Assembly: GCA_963828195.1 (NCBI GenBank)
Contig: CAWHDT010000009.1
Span: 32,001 to 96,000 of the forward strand
Reading direction: 5' to 3'
Length of the DNA: 64,000 bases
Source: Candidatus Bathyarchaeota archaeon
Lineage (GTDB): Archaea; Thermoproteota; Bathyarchaeia; Bathyarchaeales; Bathycorpusculaceae
Position numbers and translations under genes: made by a program
Shown: positions 59,166-64,000 of the stretch, one piece after another
Numbering within the stretch: position 1 is the stretch's first letter
Layout: the number at the start of each line of letters is the position of its first letter
Notes under the pieces: model-generated
The model's input: only the letters and a program-made list of their open reading frames with translations
Told to the model about the DNA's origin: nothing
Database searches by the model: none

Positions 59166-59232
59166 AAAAAACAGTAACGTTGACAACTAATAAATCTGAT
59201 TTATTATAAAAAACTAAGAAGTAAGCAAACGC

Positions 59233-59847
59233 TTACTCTGTTCCTGAGCTATAGTAGCCTTTGTCTATCTTGACAAAGATTAGTGGACCCCTGCTTTGCG
59301 CCATCTCACGAGCTTTCCTTAACGCCTCGTTAACAACTGTGAAAACTCTGTCTCTGTCGCTTAAGTTTTGAACGCTGCTTTCTCCCAGCTCCATCTTCAG
59401 CAGATTTTCAGATAAAATTTCGGTTCCGCAGATCTCCCCGTTTTTAACAAGTGTGGAGATTATGATCTCTTGGAGTTCCTGCTTTTGCTCAATTTTCTTC
59501 CATAATGGTTCAGCGTTAGCTAGGGTTTTTGAAACTTTATTCCAGCGGCTCGCGTTCTGGTCGCCTATCAGAAGCTTAACCCGTTCCTTCCATTTCTTGA
59601 ACCAGATACCAATCCAAACCGTCAGGAATGCATCTAGCTCAGATGAATCTTCCTTGAAAATGCTCTCTAACTTCTCAACCAGTTCGCATTGGCTTGCCTC
59701 TTTCCCCATTAGCTTCCAATGAAACTTTAGGAAATTCGTAAAGTCTTGGCAAGCAACCTGCAAAACTTTGCGGTCTGACCCCATCACGTCAAGAGCCGAG
59801 TCCGCTTCTTTCAATTTTTCCCCTATCATCAATTCAACAAAGTTCAT
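59233..59847 (-). CDS. Hypothetical protein
   Basis: 204-aa ORF with normal composition; no family recognised. Confidence 0.75.
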   Translation of the reverse strand: MNFVELMIGEKLKEADSALDVMGSDRKVLQVACQDFTNFLKFHWKLMGKEASQCELVEKLESIFKEDSSELDAFLTVWIGIWFKKWKERVKLLIGDQNASRWNKVSKTLANAEPLWKKIEQKQELQEIIISTLVKNGEICGTEILSENLLKMELGESSVQNLSDRDRVFTVVNEALRKAREMAQSRGPLIFVKIDKGYYSSGTE

Positions 59848-59980
59848 ACTGATTCCCGCTCCGAAGCCTCTCCATAACGACTAGAGATTAAGGTTTTTAT
59901 TAAACTTTATTTTTATTGAGGAATATAGCTGGCTAAGTATGGTTGTAGCAATATTTCAGATTCTGATAAATGCACGGCAT

Positions 59981-60640
59981 TTATTTGATAAACTTTGGAA
60001 GAGCATTAACATCGTTTAAAATTAAATCTGGGCATTCTTTGGTAAGCTCTTCGGATTTAAAAAGCCCAGATAAAACTGCCACCGTTCTTGCGCCAGCCGC
60101 TTTGCCAGCCCTCACATCGTTAACTGAGTCTCCGGCGATAACGCAGTCGCTGATGTCAACGTCTAAGGCGTGGACACAAGCCATTAACGCTTCAGGCGAA
60201 GGTTTAGGCTTAGAAGTATCCAGCGCCGTTACAACATGAGTAAAATATTTTGATATGCCAAAACACTCAAGCTCTTTTATTACAGCTTGTTTCGGAGCGT
60301 ACCGCATGGTTATCAGGGCAAGTTTGGTTTTTGCAGATAAGATTTCAAGCGTTTCTGAAACAAAGGGGATAAGTTTGGTTTTTTTCCGTGTAATTGAATA
60401 GTAAGTTTCAAAGTATACGCTTAGGAATTCTTTAGAGTCTCCCCCAATGATGTCGCCGATTGTGAATCCCTGTTCCAGTCTTCTCGGAATCTCAAGAGCA
60501 GCCTTTTTTCCTAGCGGTTTCCGCCCTAAGGTCTGCAACGTTATTTTCGCTGCCTCAATGTAAGCTTCTTTGGAGTCAACTATTGTGCCATCTAAATCCA
60601 AGAAAATACCTTTCACTTTTAATCCGTTTTCGTTTATCAA
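59981..60640 (-). CDS. HAD-superfamily phosphatase
   Basis: DLDGT, KP.PE, GDS..D..AG..AG. Confidence 0.9.
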   Translation of the reverse strand: MINENGLKVKGIFLDLDGTIVDSKEAYIEAAKITLQTLGRKPLGKKAALEIPRRLEQGFTIGDIIGGDSKEFLSVYFETYYSITRKKTKLIPFVSETLEILSAKTKLALITMRYAPKQAVIKELECFGISKYFTHVVTALDTSKPKPSPEALMACVHALDVDISDCVIAGDSVNDVRAGKAAGARTVAVLSGLFKSEELTKECPDLILNDVNALPKFIK

Positions 60641-60795
60641 GTTCTCTCTGGCTCTTGAAAGGCTGTTTCTTGTTTCTTAAAGGTTTCTTATAGTTTTTGA
60701 TGATTTAATCCATTATTTTCTATATAGATTATGAAGAGAATCTCTATAGGAACCAAAACATAATTTCTAATTGAAAATAAGTAGAGGTGAAAAAA

Positions 60796-60969
60796 ATGCT
60801 CTCAAGAGATTGCGACGGCTGCACGATGCTTAAAGAATGCAGTGTGCGATACAAAAAAACCTTAAAAGGCGACAAAGTTTACTGCCCGGATGGAACGGCT
60901 CATCTGATTGATTGTTACAGCGTAAATCAAAGCTCTGATGTAATTTGCTTCTTCGAAGCGTTTCAATAA
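60796..60969 (+). CDS. Small Cys-rich (metal-binding) protein
   Basis: GAGGTGA RBS; CDGC....C..CPDG..H..C. Confidence 0.65.
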   Translation: MLSRDCDGCTMLKECSVRYKKTLKGDKVYCPDGTAHLIDCYSVNQSSDVICFFEAFQ

Positions 60970-61346
60970 TCCAGGCAGCCCTGACTTTTAAGCCTCAATA
61001 GCTTAGATATGGAAAATGTAACTAAATTTTTTTTGTAATTTAATTGCAGTTCTTTTTTCTTTGTCCTTAGATTGTGCTTTTTTTATGTTGGTTATCTCGA
61101 ACATTTTTACTTGAATAACTGAACCGGGCAGTAGCTGGCAAGTGGGTTTCGCGGTTCGGTGGACTGCGTTTGCTGCGGATAACTATTGAGGGGTATTATC
61201 TGATATTTATTTTTTTAAAGTGGTTGTTATTTTTCTTCTTTTTTGGTAAAGAAAACTTTTTATATAGTGATTCTTCATAAAATAATTAGTCTATATAGCT
61301 ACACCTAATATAATTAGACATTATAGAAGGACATGGGGCCAAGCGG

Positions 61347-62396
61347 TTGACTAAAGAAGTAGAAAAACAAAATGAAGAACAGCGTAAACTTCAGGTAACG
61401 GGCGGATCAACATTCATTCTTTCCTTACCTAAAGACTGGGCTATACGAAACGAGCTGAAGAGAGGAAGCTCAATGGTGGTTCGCGAGGAAGACGACGGGT
61501 CGCTTTCGATAGCTCCTTCAAAGTTTGTAAAAAAGGAAAAGCAGGATGAAGCTTTCATCAAAGCCTCAGTTAACGATAACCCTGATGCCATAATGAGAAC
61601 GGCAATTTCTGCTTATCTCGACGGCTATAACATTTTGCACATAAGAGCTCAAGGACAAAAAGTGCTTTCTTCAAAAGTTCGAAATCACCTTAAGAATTTT
61701 GCGAGGCATTATTTGGTTGGGACCGAAATCGTGATAGATACACCTGCCGAATTGACGCTGCAGGTTCTGCTAAACTACCCCGAACTCACGGTTCAAAATG
61801 CGTTAAGTCGAATGTCTATAATCGCGTCATCGATGCATAAAGAAGCCTTAGCGGCGCTGAAAAAGCTGGATTATTCTTCTGCCAAATCCGTTATTGAAAC
61901 CGACCGCGAGGTAAATCGGTTTGGACTGTATATTGTGAGGCTTTTGAAGCTTGCAGTTTCAAACCCGAGGATTGTCAAAGAAATCGGGTTAAACACGCAA
62001 AGAGACTGTTTAGGTTACAGGCTTATAGCTAAAGCTGTTGAGAGAACCGCGGATCATGCGACAAAAATCGCTGAAAACACGCTGTCGCTAAAAGAGCCGG
62101 TGAATGAGGAGCTTATGGAAAAGATAAGTCAGTTGAGCATTTTGGCTATTTCAATGTTTGAAAATTCCATGGACGCCCTGTTCCGCCGCGACTTTAACTT
62201 GGCAGAAACCGTGATCGAAAAAATAAGTCAAGTTCATAAATTAGAAAAAGAAATCGTGCTTAGTCTGCAAAATATTAAAAATGAAGAAATCGTTAACTTG
62301 CGACTGTTGATTGAGAGCGTAAGACGAACTGCGGAATACGCCAGTGATATCTCCGAAATTGTGCTGAACTTGAATGTTGAATCAGTTTTGAGTTAG
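61347..62396 (+). CDS. phoU: Archaeal phosphate uptake regulator (AbrB N-terminal domain plus two PhoU domains)
   Basis: RKLQVTGGSTF.LSLPK.W, AYL.GY, DREVNR, ER.ADHA, RR.AEY..DI.E. Confidence 0.88.
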   Translation: MTKEVEKQNEEQRKLQVTGGSTFILSLPKDWAIRNELKRGSSMVVREEDDGSLSIAPSKFVKKEKQDEAFIKASVNDNPDAIMRTAISAYLDGYNILHIRAQGQKVLSSKVRNHLKNFARHYLVGTEIVIDTPAELTLQVLLNYPELTVQNALSRMSIIASSMHKEALAALKKLDYSSAKSVIETDREVNRFGLYIVRLLKLAVSNPRIVKEIGLNTQRDCLGYRLIAKAVERTADHATKIAENTLSLKEPVNEELMEKISQLSILAISMFENSMDALFRRDFNLAETVIEKISQVHKLEKEIVLSLQNIKNEEIVNLRLLIESVRRTAEYASDISEIVLNLNVESVLS

Positions 62397-62686
62397 CGGA
62401 TTGTTGTTGGAAGAGGTTCATGTGGTTTAGGGTAAATATTTGCGGAAAGCAGTTGAGCTAACCCCCTCATCCTCTTCTTTTGAATCGTTCAGGCTTTGCT
62501 TAAGCAATCCTGTTTTGCTCATAGCTCAATGGTTGCTTTCCACTCTATTTGCCGTTTTCCGCATGGACCTCTTCCATTGTTTGGCTCTTCTGGTTGGAAA
62601 GTTCCTGATTTTATACTGTTTTGGTGCATATTAAAGTATTATGTATTGCTACACAATACACATAAGCAGTAGCCACTATCTTGTTT

Positions 62687-63760
62687 TTACTGTTTTCGTG
62701 CTTGATCGTAGGCTTTTGCAACCGCTTCACTTGTTATGACACCCACTACTTTTGTCGGTGCATCTTTTTCGGTCACAGGCAGAAGGTCTATTTTTTCTTT
62801 GGTCATGGTTTTGTAGGCTTCAATAACCGCTTCGTCTGGGTGGGTTGAAATGTTTTTCAGCGGCATCTTTTCCACTTGTAGGGTGCCGCGTTGTGCGGGT
62901 GCGATTTTGATTATTTCGTTCCAGCTTACAATGCCTTGGAAAACGCCGTCTCTCTCTACCAGTACGTCGTGGTAGCGGTTTTTAAACATGACTTCGAAGG
63001 CTTCGGCGAGGGTTTGGTCCGGGCTAACTGCGCCGACCTCAGACTGCATAACGTCTTTAACCTTGACGTTTGCCAGCGTGGTGGAAACGATGGTTTGCTC
63101 TGCTTCTTCGCTGGCGCCGATGTAGATGAAGACGCCGATGATTATCAAGAGCGGATCAACCAAAAACCCCACTACAACCATAATGATTCCGAATATTCTG
63201 CCGATGTACGCCGCGTCTTTGGTGGCTTGACTGAACTTCATACGTTCTGCCAGCAAAGCCCTGAGAACTCTGCCGCCGTCCATGGGGAAAGCGGGGATAA
63301 AATTGAATGCGCCAAGCACCAGATTTAGGAATCCAAGATCCAAAAGAATGTTTCCCGTGGAGAAAAGCAAAACCGAAACTGCCGGAAAAGTCGGTATCTT
63401 GAATGGCAACGCGAAGTTTATGCCGATGAGGGCGGCTCCAAGCACCAGGCTGGTGAGGGGTCCCGCGGCTGCCATCCGCCACTCTATCTTGGGGTTTTCT
63501 GGGATTTCCTCGATTTCCGAGACTCCGCCGATGGGGTACAGAACGATTTTGCGCACCACAATGCCGTAGCGTCTTGCAACAACCGAGTGGGCAAGCTCGT
63601 GGAAAAGCACGAAAACAAATAAAAACACAACAAGGGCAAAAGCGTAAAGCTGATTATAGTAAACCGCTAACCCCAACACGGCTAAAATAAGCAGGATAAA
63701 AGTGAGATGCAGCTCAATAGGGATCCCCCATGCAGAACCAATCTTAAAAGACAACTTCAT
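62687..63760 (-). CDS. Site-2 (M50) intramembrane protease with CBS pair
   Basis: HELAH, AGP, FNFIPAFPMDGGR; two CBS domains. Confidence 0.92.
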   Translation of the reverse strand: MKLSFKIGSAWGIPIELHLTFILLILAVLGLAVYYNQLYAFALVVFLFVFVLFHELAHSVVARRYGIVVRKIVLYPIGGVSEIEEIPENPKIEWRMAAAGPLTSLVLGAALIGINFALPFKIPTFPAVSVLLFSTGNILLDLGFLNLVLGAFNFIPAFPMDGGRVLRALLAERMKFSQATKDAAYIGRIFGIIMVVVGFLVDPLLIIIGVFIYIGASEEAEQTIVSTTLANVKVKDVMQSEVGAVSPDQTLAEAFEVMFKNRYHDVLVERDGVFQGIVSWNEIIKIAPAQRGTLQVEKMPLKNISTHPDEAVIEAYKTMTKEKIDLLPVTEKDAPTKVVGVITSEAVAKAYDQARKQ

Positions 63761-63859
63761 AACACAAAAGAAGCCCACGTAAGCTTTTTAAATTTTCTAT
63801 AGGTTGCCTTAGCCTTGGGCTTCGGGTTGGCTTTTTACGGCTGAATTTTGCTGTAAATT

Positions 63860-63990
63860 TTAATTTTAAAAGAACAACAACACCTAGAATTCAAATGTTG
63901 TTCTTCTCGGCAATATTTATTTTCAAAAGAAGAAGAAGCTGATGAAAACATTTTTTCTTCTTCTTCTTCTTCCTGCATGCCATATTTACA
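63860..63990. repeat. Inverted copy of the dispersed element, right modules
   Basis: Reverse complement matches 777-897 (AAATATGGCATGCAGGAAGAAG..TTTTCATCAGCTTCTTC..TTGCCGAGAAGAACAAC..GGTGTTGTTGTTCTTTTAAAATT). Confidence 0.88.
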
Positions 63991-64000
63991 ATGGATTTTT

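Overview
Archaeal chromosome segment, most likely Bathyarchaeia (inferred from the archaeal 16S rRNA gene, LysW-type biosynthesis genes, Lsm-L37e, a TrmB regulator and surface-protein architecture). It contains surface proteins (PQQ-like beta-propeller; carboxypeptidase-regulatory-like repeats), a lysW-X-Y-Z-J-K cluster with a divergent Lrp regulator, glgB, a frameshift-damaged A1-type heme-copper oxidase island, a divergent group II chaperonin, ppdK, a ~13 kb island of small stress-type proteins around a TrmB-family gene, a stand-alone 16S rRNA gene, and a type I-B cas operon with an amber-split cas8b and only one CRISPR repeat. The most striking unexplained signal is a 24-bp dyad (TGTTGCTG-N8-CAGTCACA) seen about 18 times, each time 5 nt upstream of a TATA-like box. 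It heads the oxidase, the chaperonin, ppdK, zinc-finger microproteins, LEA/lmo0937/PRC/bPH proteins and a hairpin RNA candidate, and is a candidate archaeal general-stress/oxygen regulon. A modular four-hairpin dispersed repeat family and several small structured-RNA candidates are also present. All calls were made by eye with no database searches, and several frameshifts could be assembly errors.
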